Shown here: positions 11,724 to 20,614 of the stretch, piece after piece
Layout of the letters: every line of letters begins with the position of its first letter
How positions within the stretch are numbered: the first letter of the stretch is position 1
Source of the DNA: Pseudomonadota bacterium
Lineage (GTDB): Bacteria > Pseudomonadota > Alphaproteobacteria > Micavibrionales > UBA1664
DNA: 64,000 nt
Direction of reading: 5' to 3'
NCBI GenBank assembly: GCA_009926935.1
Contig: RFNZ01000001.1
Location: forward strand, 192,556 to 256,555
Made by a program: the position numbers and the translations under genes
The notes under the pieces: generated by a model
Database searches by the model: none
What the model was told of the DNA's origin: nothing
Seen by the model: only the letters and a program-made list of their open reading frames with translations

Positions 11724-12502
11724 CCCGCGCGGTGGAGTGCGAAATCGAGGCCTGCCACGCCATCAAGGATGCCGCCCTTTACTATGTAGCTATAGAAAAA
11801 CACGAGATAGGGGCGCAGCCATATATCCCGTGTCATCTGCTTTAAAGTTTCGCGCCATGGGATTGGGTCCGGCGGGAAGGCCGCGCGACTTATCATACCA
11901 GCTTCCCATGCGGCATAACGCTCGTGACGGCGGAGCCAGTCGCCCCTGCCCTTGAGGTTGTGGTGGATGACCGGATGATCGAGCTGCCCCACGCGCATAC
12001 CAACCTTGACCGGTACGGGCTGATAATGCCCCTCGATCTCCCCCATGCCGGGGATATCCAGATCGCTTATGGGCGGGTAGACAAATGCCCCTTTGCGAAA
12101 AAGACAGAGCTTGTTGTTGGTCATGCCGAATTTTAGTTTTTTGCCCATCCAGACATAACGCCCACGGATAAAATAGCCGTCGGCCCCGGGCCCCCGTGCA
12201 AACAGAATACGCAGCTCGCGCAAGAGCTGGGGCGAGGCCGTTTCATCGGCATCGATAAAAAACACCCAATCGCCTAGGCCGTAAATATTTTCGAGGCACC
12301 ACTGGCGCTTTTTTGGATATTCGCCGTTCCATTGAAAACGGATGACATCAGCGCCAAGATTTTTGGCGATTTCAGCCGTTTCATCGGTGCTGGCGGAATC
12401 AACCACGATCACGCGCGCAAACAGACCAACCAGAGGCAAAAGGCAGTGCGAAAGATTTTCCGCCTCGTTTTTTGTTACAACGATGGCGGTTACGGGGATC
12501 AT
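11681..12502 (-). CDS. glycosyltransferase family 2
   Basis: IPVTAIVVTKNEAENLSHCL...VIVVDSASTDETAEIAK...FFIDADE. The start at 12502 makes an ATGA overlap with the upstream Wzz-like stop. Confidence 0.8.
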   Translation of the reverse strand: MIPVTAIVVTKNEAENLSHCLLPLVGLFARVIVVDSASTDETAEIAKNLGADVIRFQWNGEYPKKRQWCLENIYGLGDWVFFIDADETASPQLLRELRILFARGPGADGYFIRGRYVWMGKKLKFGMTNNKLCLFRKGAFVYPPISDLDIPGMGEIEGHYQPVPVKVGMRVGQLDHPVIHHNLKGRGDWLRRHERYAAWEAGMISRAAFPPDPIPWRETLKQMTRDIWLRPYLVFFYSYIVKGGILDGVAGLDFALHRAGYVRDVLKRLRNAQ

Positions 12503-13302
12503 TTGCGCCACGACCACAAAAAGCCAGCAACCGCACCAAGGAGCGCGAAGACAGGAAACAGAAGATAAGGGTTAGGAGACACAGGGCGGGCCGGTATGCT
12601 TGGCGGGTCGATCATCTCGGATGCGAAATCGTTATCGATGCCTACCATCATGCGCAGGCGTTCCTGCTCTTTTAACAACCCTACCAGTGCATCACGCTGA
12701 TCAAGATTTACGACCTCGCCCAGTTTTTCACGAAGATAGGTTATGCGCTGATCCGTACGGATGCGGGCATCGGCCCTGATCGTCTCGTCGGAGAGTTTGT
12801 GGAGCGCGCGCAACAGATCCGCCGCAAGGGTTTTATCCTTCATTTGTACGCTTATACGGCGCATCTGGGTTGCGCCAACTGGTTTTACACGCACGCTGCA
12901 CTCAAGCCAGTTCACTAGTTTTGCGGCATCCCGCCCGCAGTTTTTGCAGAGACTTTCGAGCCGGATCTTGAGCGTATCGTCTTTCAGGAGAGCGCCTGCT
13001 ATGCGCGGGCTTGTCATCAGCATTTCATATACAGAGAAATCGGCGGCGGTCATAGACCCCACACGCTGCAAGAGATACTGCACGGTCGGAGATTCGGAGG
13101 CCGGCAAAAAAGCAGATAAATCAGGCCCAGCACCGCGGCCTGCCGGGCCTACGGTCATCCGCGCTTCCCATTTAGTGGGCAGTATCACGCATGATAGAAA
13201 TGCGCAGAGGATGCCTGCGCAAAGCCCCAGCGCAACACTGCGACGCGAGGCCCATAAGGCACCCACGGGATCAGAGAGCAGACGTTCAAGATGAGCGTTC
13301 AT
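12499..13302 (-). CDS. polysaccharide chain-length determinant (Wzz/PCP-like) protein
   Basis: N-terminal TM followed by ILPTKWEARMTVGP, a long helical periplasmic region, and a C-terminal proline-rich segment plus TM (PPSIPARPVSPNPYLLFPVFALLGAVAGFLW). This is PCP topology. Confidence 0.55.
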   Translation of the reverse strand: MNAHLERLLSDPVGALWASRRSVALGLCAGILCAFLSCVILPTKWEARMTVGPAGRGAGPDLSAFLPASESPTVQYLLQRVGSMTAADFSVYEMLMTSPRIAGALLKDDTLKIRLESLCKNCGRDAAKLVNWLECSVRVKPVGATQMRRISVQMKDKTLAADLLRALHKLSDETIRADARIRTDQRITYLREKLGEVVNLDQRDALVGLLKEQERLRMMVGIDNDFASEMIDPPSIPARPVSPNPYLLFPVFALLGAVAGFLWSWRK

Positions 13303-14554
13303 TCAGTACTTTACGTACCACATCGGACCAAGAGGCAAAAGCGTCTTCAGGCAGGCGGCCTTTAAGGACCTCTATCGTGCCGTCATGCGCAGCAAACCAG
13401 GCATCGGACTCTGTCCGGTAAAGGGCGATTGCGGTGGCCATGGATTTTCCGTCATCCGGCCTTACCACACGGCCACATCCGTATTTGGCTACGAGATGGG
13501 CAATATCGCTCTCGGCAGGGCCCGCAAAGACAACGGGCCGCCTTGCCGCAAGCGCCGCATAAAACTTGGATGGCAGTAATAGACCCAGCGATTCATCCCG
13601 CATGGTGACGAGATGAATATCGCCGCTCTCCATAAGCCCTTTCAGGGCTGCTCTTGGCTGAGGGGGCATCAGGCGAATATTATCGAGGGCGAGCGTCGCT
13701 CTTGCCTGCGCCAGTTTTTCAAAGCCCTCTCCTTTGCCGACAAAAACGAGTTCGATATCGGGCTGCGTTTTCTGGAGTATTTTTGCGGCCTCGACGAGTG
13801 CCTCGACCGGATGGGCGCGCCCTATAGACCCTGCATACAGAACCCTGAATTTCTGACCCGCGGGATCGCTGTAGAGGCGGCGCTCACGCAAGGATTTTTT
13901 ATGCGGGAGATCAAGTTTTGCCGTGATCTTTGGTGTTTCGGATACGGATACCAGAAGTTCCTGATCCGGCCAGTTTTCGATGATGGAGGTGCGTCTGATT
14001 TCAACACCCGTGCGCACCAGATGCCGCTGCATGCACCGGCTTATACATACGACACGGTCCGCTGCCTGCAATGCCGCGCGGCCAAGGGCCATCGCGAGCT
14101 TATAAAGCAACGCCGGAGGATTGAAGCCCAATGCCGGCGCGAGATCGGGATACAGGTCTTGACACCAATGGATATGCGCGCAGTTTTTCTTTTTAGCGGC
14201 GCGCTGGCCCATGACATAGAGCATAGGCGGATCGGAGAGCGTGACAATCACATCGTGCCTTGCGCTTGCCAGCATCGCCTTATAAAGCCGCCACAGGCCG
14301 GATATCCAATCCCGCTTGTTTGGAGTACTGACCCCTTTGATGCGTACAATGCTGATGGGGCCACGAGCGCTTATGCCCTCACGCCCCGTGGTCGTTGTCA
14401 GAATGGTGACGCGGTGCCCCTGCTTTACGAAATGCCGCGCGAGATCATGCAGGAGACGGCCCGTGGCACCGCGCATCGGGGGATAGACGCGGTTCACAAG
14501 TAGGATCGACGGACGGGCTGCCTGCGTGGTCATGGCTGGGCGCTTGGTTAACAT
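13286..14554 (-). CDS. glycosyltransferase family 4 (GT-B, WbuB-like)
   Basis: ILLVNRVYPPMRGATGRLLHDLARHFVKQGHRVTILT at the N-terminus, with the GT1/GT4 E-x7-E region near the C-terminus. The start may be the second Met, at 14533. Confidence 0.8.
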   Translation of the reverse strand: MLTKRPAMTTQAARPSILLVNRVYPPMRGATGRLLHDLARHFVKQGHRVTILTTTTGREGISARGPISIVRIKGVSTPNKRDWISGLWRLYKAMLASARHDVIVTLSDPPMLYVMGQRAAKKKNCAHIHWCQDLYPDLAPALGFNPPALLYKLAMALGRAALQAADRVVCISRCMQRHLVRTGVEIRRTSIIENWPDQELLVSVSETPKITAKLDLPHKKSLRERRLYSDPAGQKFRVLYAGSIGRAHPVEALVEAAKILQKTQPDIELVFVGKGEGFEKLAQARATLALDNIRLMPPQPRAALKGLMESGDIHLVTMRDESLGLLLPSKFYAALAARRPVVFAGPAESDIAHLVAKYGCGRVVRPDDGKSMATAIALYRTESDAWFAAHDGTIEVLKGRLPEDAFASWSDVVRKVLNERSS

Positions 14555-15674
14555 TCCCTGTCCCTAAAGTCCAATCGAAGCGGGCAAGCCCCAGAAGCAG
14601 CAAGCCAAAACAGAATGATTTGTATGAGCCATAAAGGAATACTGCGGGAACAAGTGGTAAAACAAGTGACCAGAAGAGGACAAGATTATGACGCAGGCGC
14701 CGATAGGCGTTGCACAGCAAAGACGCCAAGGCCACCAAAGCCAGCGTAAGCCCCAGCCACCCCGCTTTCCACCAAAGCGATGTCAGGAGACTGTGCGAAA
14801 AGCGTACCCACTGATCGCCGACGGCGGGTGATTTAAAGATACTGCCCCATCCGGCCCCGAAGATTGCTGTCAGCGGGCTTTGAGACTGGGCTTGCAGAAG
14901 TGCGGCAATTTCGGCACCGCGCGCGTTCCAGCCGATCGCGCGTGTTTTATCGAGCAGCGAGAGTGCGATGCCTGAAACATCCGGCCAGTACATCCAGAAG
15001 ACTGCCGCAATCCCCAGCGCTACCACAAGGGCGCGACGCGGTTTTTTTAAAAGAGTGGAAATCCAAAAGACAGTGAACCCCATGACCAGCAGTATCAATG
15101 TGGCCCGCTGCATCATCCCTGCCATTGCAAGGATAGGCAGGAGTGATGCCATGACGCAGCCGATGGCAAGCCAAAGCCTGCGCTCAACAAAACAGCCGTA
15201 TAACAACAGCCAGGACGCGGCAAAAGCCACAAGCGGTGAGTTTGCCAAGTACAACAGGTTTTCAGCCAGTAGTGAGGTTAGGAGATCGGGCGAAATGACA
15301 TAGCGGGCCGCAAAAGAAAGGCCGATACCCAGCATGGCCGCCATCAATACCCGCTGGTCCGGCATGCCATAGAGTGCCAACGGTACGCCCAGAGCTGCAA
15401 ACCCGACGAGATCACGCAGGATGTCGCCGCCTGCATACCCGCCCGCGACGCCCATCAGGAGCACGATACTGAAACCGTACCCCAATAAGAGGACCAGCGA
15501 TTTTGACCATGGTTGTACAAAGCTCTCGCGCCTTAAGCCACCTGCGACCATGCACACGGCCAATAGGGCCAGAATGACGATTTCTCTGATGCCCGGGTTG
15601 TCAGGCGTAGGGCTGCCGAATAACGCATAGCCAAGACTAGCGAAGGCAAGAGCGGTGATCGCCAGTCGTTCCAC
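14445..15674 (-). CDS. O-antigen polymerase/ligase-like (Wzy/WaaL family) polytopic membrane protein
   Basis: 409 aa with about 10-12 hydrophobic segments, located between glycosyltransferase genes. No catalytic motif was verified. Confidence 0.55.
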   Translation of the reverse strand: MERLAITALAFASLGYALFGSPTPDNPGIREIVILALLAVCMVAGGLRRESFVQPWSKSLVLLLGYGFSIVLLMGVAGGYAGGDILRDLVGFAALGVPLALYGMPDQRVLMAAMLGIGLSFAARYVISPDLLTSLLAENLLYLANSPLVAFAASWLLLYGCFVERRLWLAIGCVMASLLPILAMAGMMQRATLILLVMGFTVFWISTLLKKPRRALVVALGIAAVFWMYWPDVSGIALSLLDKTRAIGWNARGAEIAALLQAQSQSPLTAIFGAGWGSIFKSPAVGDQWVRFSHSLLTSLWWKAGWLGLTLALVALASLLCNAYRRLRHNLVLFWSLVLPLVPAVFLYGSYKSFCFGLLLLGLARFDWTLGTGNVNQAPSHDHAGSPSVDPTCEPRLSPDARCHGPSPA

Positions 15675-15700
15675 AGCTAGGGGCTTTCATAGAAAGGAGA

Positions 15701-16084
15701 TTACTGGAATGGGTTGCTATCCCAGCCCGAGTTGAGGGTATCCGCCTCTTTTTTCTGCTGGAGAGTCTCGTTGTAAATAATCGCCGAATTGGGTTTTGGC
15801 TGGGCCGGTTGCTGGAGCGCGGGGTCCTGCTGCGGGACCGGCTCATGGCTTACATAGGCCCCTGCCCTCAAGTTGATTGGCCCGGTGCCGCTTAAAAAGA
15901 CAGGGCCGGAAGATGGGCGCTTCGGTTTGGCGAGTGCCGGATCAACCCCGATCAGGTCGTTGCCGGTGCCGAGAGGGTCTGTCGAGCCGCCATATTGATA
16001 GTTGCCGCTCTGCTGCGCCTGCACAGGAAATGCCCCCAGAATTAAAATCGCCAGAAACACCGAAAAGGTAAGGTTTTTTGCCAT
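15701..16084 (-). CDS. secreted hypothetical protein (signal peptide; Gln/Pro-rich)
   Basis: MAKNLTFSVFLAILILGAFPVQAQQ looks like a signal peptide. It is the first gene of the minus-strand polysaccharide transcription unit. Confidence 0.5.
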   Translation of the reverse strand: MAKNLTFSVFLAILILGAFPVQAQQSGNYQYGGSTDPLGTGNDLIGVDPALAKPKRPSSGPVFLSGTGPINLRAGAYVSHEPVPQQDPALQQPAQPKPNSAIIYNETLQQKKEADTLNSGWDSNPFQ

Positions 16085-16226
16085 GTAACCAGTGTAGCAA
16101 ATTCCTTTTTTTCATTCTCTATTTTTTTAACCCTGTTTTTTAACCTTGTGTTTACATATTTTGCATAATGTATACACAGTAGAGTTCGAAAAAGGCCCGC
16201 AAACGGGCGGAAAAAACGGGTGTGTC

Positions 16227-16493
16227 ATGATGATCAGTGCAGAAGATTTCCTTAAGAAGGCTGGCCTCGATGAGCCGCTTTCGCCAGGGCAAATCAAATA
16301 CCGCCAGCATATCGGTGAAAAACCGGGAACAAGCTACACGCTTGTCTTTGACTGGAAGACGGACCTCAACAAAATCCGTGTTGAAGTGCGCCCAGGTCTT
16401 TCCGGTGCCATGCCCGAGAAGAAAGAGCTTTCAAAATACGCCATCTGGTTACAGGCGGAAAATTTCCTTGAACTCGATATGACGAAACACTGA
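16227..16493 (+). CDS. hypothetical small protein (88 aa)
   Basis: ORF 16146..16493. The track start is a TTG, so I prefer the ATG at 16227 (MMISAEDFLKK...). No recognised motif. Confidence 0.4.
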   Translation: MMISAEDFLKKAGLDEPLSPGQIKYRQHIGEKPGTSYTLVFDWKTDLNKIRVEVRPGLSGAMPEKKELSKYAIWLQAENFLELDMTKH

Positions 16494-16503
16494 GGGCATC
16501 ATC

Positions 16504-16821
16504 ATGAGTACAGTCATCACCACCGCTTTTACATCTGGAGCCTCAGGGTCTGGCCGTAAGGGCGAAGCCCGCGGTAAGATTGCGGGCAACATTGTCAAAA
16601 ACATCGAAGCCGCGTTTCAGGTCATTAAAAACCTTGTTGCCGGCCTTCCCGCGAAAGCTCTTGGCCTTATCGCCTCGGCCTGCAAGCAGGACGTACAGGT
16701 TGGGCCCAAACTTCAGAGCGCGCCATTTGCCGTGCCTCTCCATATGATGGGGCCAAGCGGCACGGGTGGCGGAGGCCCGCCCCCAAGGCGGCGACAAAAA
16801 TCTTCGGAAGAGGACGAATAG
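16504..16821 (+). CDS. hypothetical small protein (105 aa) with a Gly/Pro/Arg-rich tail
   Basis: GAGGG lies 9 nt upstream of the ATG. The tail reads GPSGTGGGGPPPRRRQKSSEEDE. A terminator follows directly. Confidence 0.4.
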   Translation: MSTVITTAFTSGASGSGRKGEARGKIAGNIVKNIEAAFQVIKNLVAGLPAKALGLIASACKQDVQVGPKLQSAPFAVPLHMMGPSGTGGGGPPPRRRQKSSEEDE

Positions 16822-16853
16822 AAAAAAAGCAGGCTCGAGCGGCCTGCTTTTTT
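16822..16853. terminator. bidirectional intrinsic terminator between convergent genes
   Basis: a7-gcaggc-tcgagcg-gcctgc-t6, placed between the stop at 16821 (+) and the rocD stop at 16856 (-). Confidence 0.75.
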
Positions 16854-16855
16854 GT

Positions 16856-18064
16856 TCAGGTCATTTCGGAGAGGGCTTCAGAGACAGTCTGCACGGCCCA
16901 ATCCAGATGCTCTTTTTCGATGATGAGGGGCGGTGCAAAACGGACTACGGTCCCGTGCGTATCTTTTGAAAGAAGTCCTTTTTCTAGAAGCTTGTCGCAG
17001 ACAGCGCGTGCCGGCGCTTTATCGGGATAGATTTCCATGCCCACGAGAAGCCCGCGGCCACGCACTTCCTTGACCATGGGCGAGTTAATGCCCTTAAGCT
17101 TGCGCAAAAGATATGCGCCGTTTTCTTTTGCGCGGTCGGCCAGTTTTTCTTCCTGCAAAATCTTCATGGATTCGATGGCGACGGCAGCGGCTACAGGATT
17201 GCCGCCGAAGGTCGATCCGTGCGAGCCGGGGTCAAAAACCTCCATCACCTCTTTTGTTGCGACGAATGCGGACACCGGATAGATACCGCCGCCCAGTGCC
17301 TTACCAAGGCATAGACCATCCGGCTTATCGATTTCATGCTGGTAGTAAAAATTGGCGCCGGTGCGGCCCATGCCTGTTTGAACCTCATCAAGAATGAGAA
17401 GGATGTCGTGCTTCTTGCAGATTTCCTGCACCCGCTTGAGCCAACCGTCGGGCGCCACCAATATGCCGCCCTCGCCTTGCAGGGGCTCGGTTATAAAAGC
17501 ACATGTTTCGGGTGTGATCGCGGCCTCAAGTGCCTCGGCATCGCCGAAGGGCACGAGGTCGAAACCGTTATCAAATGGCCCGAAACCGCGCCTGTAATCG
17601 GCATCCGATGAAAAGCCGATGATGGTCGTTGTGCGGCCATGAAAATTACCTTTGGAGGCGATGATGCGCTGTTTGCCGTCCGGTATTTTTTTGACATCGT
17701 GCCCCCAGCGGCGTGCCGCCTTGATAGCCGTTTCAACGGCCTCGGCGCCCGAGTTCATGGGTTGTACCATATCGAGGCCGGTGAGCTTTGCTATCATCTC
17801 GCCAAACTCGCCCAGTCTTTCGGTATGAAAAGCACGGGCGGGAACATCGAGAAGATCCAGCTGGTCGATCATTGCCTTTTTGATCCGCGCGTTGAGGTGA
17901 CCGAAACTGACGGCGCTATAGGCCCCCAGAAAATCCATGTATTTTTTGCCGTCTGTATCCCAGAGCCATATCCCCTCCCCGCGATTGAGGACAATCGGGA
18001 GCGGCTTGTACATTTTGGCCAGATACTGGCGTTCACGGGCTATGAAATCTTTGGTTTCCATCAA
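16856..18064 (-). CDS. rocD: ornithine--oxo-acid aminotransferase
   Basis: Class-III aminotransferase. Motifs: FLGAYSAVSFGH, EPLQGEGG, LILDEVQTGMGRTG, SHGSTFGGNP. The overall pattern is typical of RocD/OAT. Confidence 0.85.
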   Translation of the reverse strand: MMETKDFIARERQYLAKMYKPLPIVLNRGEGIWLWDTDGKKYMDFLGAYSAVSFGHLNARIKKAMIDQLDLLDVPARAFHTERLGEFGEMIAKLTGLDMVQPMNSGAEAVETAIKAARRWGHDVKKIPDGKQRIIASKGNFHGRTTTIIGFSSDADYRRGFGPFDNGFDLVPFGDAEALEAAITPETCAFITEPLQGEGGILVAPDGWLKRVQEICKKHDILLILDEVQTGMGRTGANFYYQHEIDKPDGLCLGKALGGGIYPVSAFVATKEVMEVFDPGSHGSTFGGNPVAAAVAIESMKILQEEKLADRAKENGAYLLRKLKGINSPMVKEVRGRGLLVGMEIYPDKAPARAVCDKLLEKGLLSKDTHGTVVRFAPPLIIEKEHLDWAVQTVSEALSEMT

Positions 18065-18155
18065 GATACCTCCTAGCCTTATGCGGGTTTCCTATTCTGG
18101 TCGTGTACTCTATGATTATATCATAAATTTATACCCTTTTGGGGCGCAGCGCAGC

Positions 18156-18812
18156 ATGAGCATCATCCATTTCCCGAAGCCCGCCAATGATGGGGGCAAG
18201 CCAGTACCACCCCTGTTAAATATACCGCCGCTTACGCTCGGCATCCTCACTGCTATTTTGGGCGTGCATGTTCTTTTTATGGTCCTGCCCCAAGACATCC
18301 AGCAGATATGGGGTTACCGTTTTGCCTTTGTGCCGGGGCGTTATGCCGCTCCGGAAACCCTTGATCTCTGGGCGGCCGTTTCACCTTTTACGCATGTGAT
18401 GCTGCATGGGAGCTGGCTACATGTGGGGATGAACAGCCTCATGCTTCTGGCATTTGGCGCGGGGGCTGAACGGATGCTGGGGGCCTGGCGTGCGGCCCTG
18501 CTTTTTGTAGCCTCAGGTATTGCGGGTGCTTTTGCGCAGGTCATTTTCGGGTGGGGGTCACCTATACCGATGATCGGGGCTTCGGGCGCGCTTTCGGGCC
18601 TTTTTGCCGCGCTATGCCTCAAGCTGCAACAGACAGGTCGCATGCAAAACGGGCGCTACGGTATATGGGGCGTTGGTGCCATGTGGATAGGGCTGTCACT
18701 GTTTATGGCGTTTGTCGGCGGGTCTATCGGGATTGGCGATGTTGCTTGGGCCGCCCATGCCGGCGGGTTTATAGCGGGCGCGCTCCTCATGCGCCTGCGC
18801 TATTTTTCCTGA
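18156..18812 (+). CDS. rhomboid family intramembrane serine protease
   Basis: Start chosen at MSIIHFPK (ATG 18156), which avoids overlap with rocD. Motifs: WLHVGMNSLMLLAFG (H-x4-N) and GASGALSGLFAA (catalytic GxSG). Confidence 0.8.
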   Translation: MSIIHFPKPANDGGKPVPPLLNIPPLTLGILTAILGVHVLFMVLPQDIQQIWGYRFAFVPGRYAAPETLDLWAAVSPFTHVMLHGSWLHVGMNSLMLLAFGAGAERMLGAWRAALLFVASGIAGAFAQVIFGWGSPIPMIGASGALSGLFAALCLKLQQTGRMQNGRYGIWGVGAMWIGLSLFMAFVGGSIGIGDVAWAAHAGGFIAGALLMRLRYFS

Positions 18813-20608
18813 ACGTCTTTTTGGTCGTACGCCAGTTTTTCTTTGATCGACAGAATGAGTTTTTCATCTTTTACGGCATCCGCGTAATCAAGAGCGCGGC
18901 GCCATTGGTAGCGTGCCTCCAGATGCCTGCCCGCCTTTTCGTAGGCATCGCCAAGATGGTCGTTGAGCGTCGGGTCATACGGTTTTAGCGACACGGCACG
19001 CTCAAGCAAGATCACGGCCTGGGTTGTATCGCCCTGACGGTAATAGACCCAGCCAAGGGAATCCGTGATGTAGGGATCGGCCGGTGCCAGCGAGAGCGCT
19101 TTTAAGAGCATGTCACGCGCCTGAATGAGGTTGATGTTGCGGTCAGCCCATGTGTAGGCAAGGTAATTGAGGACATGCGGATTATCGGGCCTGTACTGGA
19201 GGGCTTTTTTGAGATCGCTCTCGGCTTTATCCCACTCGCCCAGTTCATCAAGAGCCATGGCGCGGACAAAGTAGACAGACCACAGGCTGTCATCCGGCGT
19301 ACCGCCTGCGGCATTGATGGCCTGATCGTAAGCACTGACCGCCTTTTTGTTATCTTGACCTGCGCGGTAAACCTCGCCCAGCGCATAAGCCACGCGCGGA
19401 GACGGGTTGCTTTTCATGAGGGATTCCAGAATTTCGATGGCGGCTTCGTTATTGCCGCGCTCGACCGCGATCTCGGAGAGCCTGATCTGTGCATCGACAT
19501 AATCGATATCCGCCGTGGATACGGACTGGAATGCCAGCACGGCCTCGTCGTATCTTTTTTGTTCCATGAAAATGTTGCCGACGATGATGGCCAGTGCCGG
19601 TACATCGTTACGCACTGACCTGCCCATTTGGGCAAAGATGAGCGCGCTTTCACCGGCGCCATCCGTCATCATCATTTGCGCAAGATCACGGAAAGCCATC
19701 GCGATGCCCGCGGTCACGCCTTTTAAGTGATAGGAGAACTCGGGCGGCAAAGCAGGTGTTTGACCTTGCGAGAGCGCGTCCTGAATTTTTTTCGCCTCCT
19801 GATCCATCGGGTTCTGCCGCAGGGCTTCCGTTAAGGCTGCCCTTGCCTCATCCATACGACTGTTGCGGATATCGTAGGCGGCGACCATCATGGCACCTGT
19901 GGCCGTGAGAGGCGCACGGGCGAGCGAGTCAAAAACCTTGTTTGCCGTTTCTTTCTGGGTTGCCCATTCGGCCGCCAAACCACGGTGCAAAGCCTGCAGA
20001 AGGGAAAGACCTTCAACAGTACTGTCGACAGGCTTTTTCTGCCCCGCTTTGAGCCAGCCGTGGATGACAGGTTGCACGAAGGCCTTCAGGGCCATCGACT
20101 GTATGGATAAAAGTTTTTGTTCGGCTGCTTCCAGATTCCCCGCACGGACAGCCTGTGCCATGAGGACAAGTGCCGCGAGATCCCGCCCGTCGGCTGCTGC
20201 GTCCATCGTGCCTTCAGGCAGGGAGGCGTCCGTATCTTGTTTTGAAGAGGTGATGCGCTGCGCATACTCGGCCGCGCGGTCAAACTGCCCCGCGCTTAAT
20301 GCCAGAAGCATCATGCGCAAGGTTGTCGAGGTATCGCTTGCCATCGTTGTTGAGAGCTTATCGAGATAGAGGTTGGCCTGCGCCCAGTCTCTCTGGCCCT
20401 GAGCGAAGTTGGCGGCAAGGATGTTGCCTGTCACGGTCTCGTTCGGGACCCACTGGCCCTTTGGCTTTTGCGGCTGAGTCACGTAGCTGACAATAGCGTT
20501 CGGCCTCTCCTGCCCTTCTTCAGTGCGGGTGCGGGTATCGTGCACGGCGTATCCAAGAAACGCTAGCGCCGCCAAAACAATCACATACGAAAATCTTTTG
20601 AAGTCCAT
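18800..20608 (-). CDS. tetratricopeptide-repeat protein with an N-terminal membrane anchor
   Basis: An N-terminal TM (YVIVLAALAFLGYAV), then multiple TPR-like units toward the C-terminus (e.g. ALQYRPDNPHVLNYLAYTW, AVSLKPYDPTLNDHLGDAY). Confidence 0.75.
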   Translation of the reverse strand: MDFKRFSYVIVLAALAFLGYAVHDTRTRTEEGQERPNAIVSYVTQPQKPKGQWVPNETVTGNILAANFAQGQRDWAQANLYLDKLSTTMASDTSTTLRMMLLALSAGQFDRAAEYAQRITSSKQDTDASLPEGTMDAAADGRDLAALVLMAQAVRAGNLEAAEQKLLSIQSMALKAFVQPVIHGWLKAGQKKPVDSTVEGLSLLQALHRGLAAEWATQKETANKVFDSLARAPLTATGAMMVAAYDIRNSRMDEARAALTEALRQNPMDQEAKKIQDALSQGQTPALPPEFSYHLKGVTAGIAMAFRDLAQMMMTDGAGESALIFAQMGRSVRNDVPALAIIVGNIFMEQKRYDEAVLAFQSVSTADIDYVDAQIRLSEIAVERGNNEAAIEILESLMKSNPSPRVAYALGEVYRAGQDNKKAVSAYDQAINAAGGTPDDSLWSVYFVRAMALDELGEWDKAESDLKKALQYRPDNPHVLNYLAYTWADRNINLIQARDMLLKALSLAPADPYITDSLGWVYYRQGDTTQAVILLERAVSLKPYDPTLNDHLGDAYEKAGRHLEARYQWRRALDYADAVKDEKLILSIKEKLAYDQKDVQEK

Positions 20609-20614
20609 GAAATC

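Noticed and set aside
13613-14503. 296-aa plus-strand ORF
   Set aside because: It is antisense to the GT4 glycosyltransferase, which has clear family motifs. This is a typical long antisense ORF in GC-rich coding DNA.
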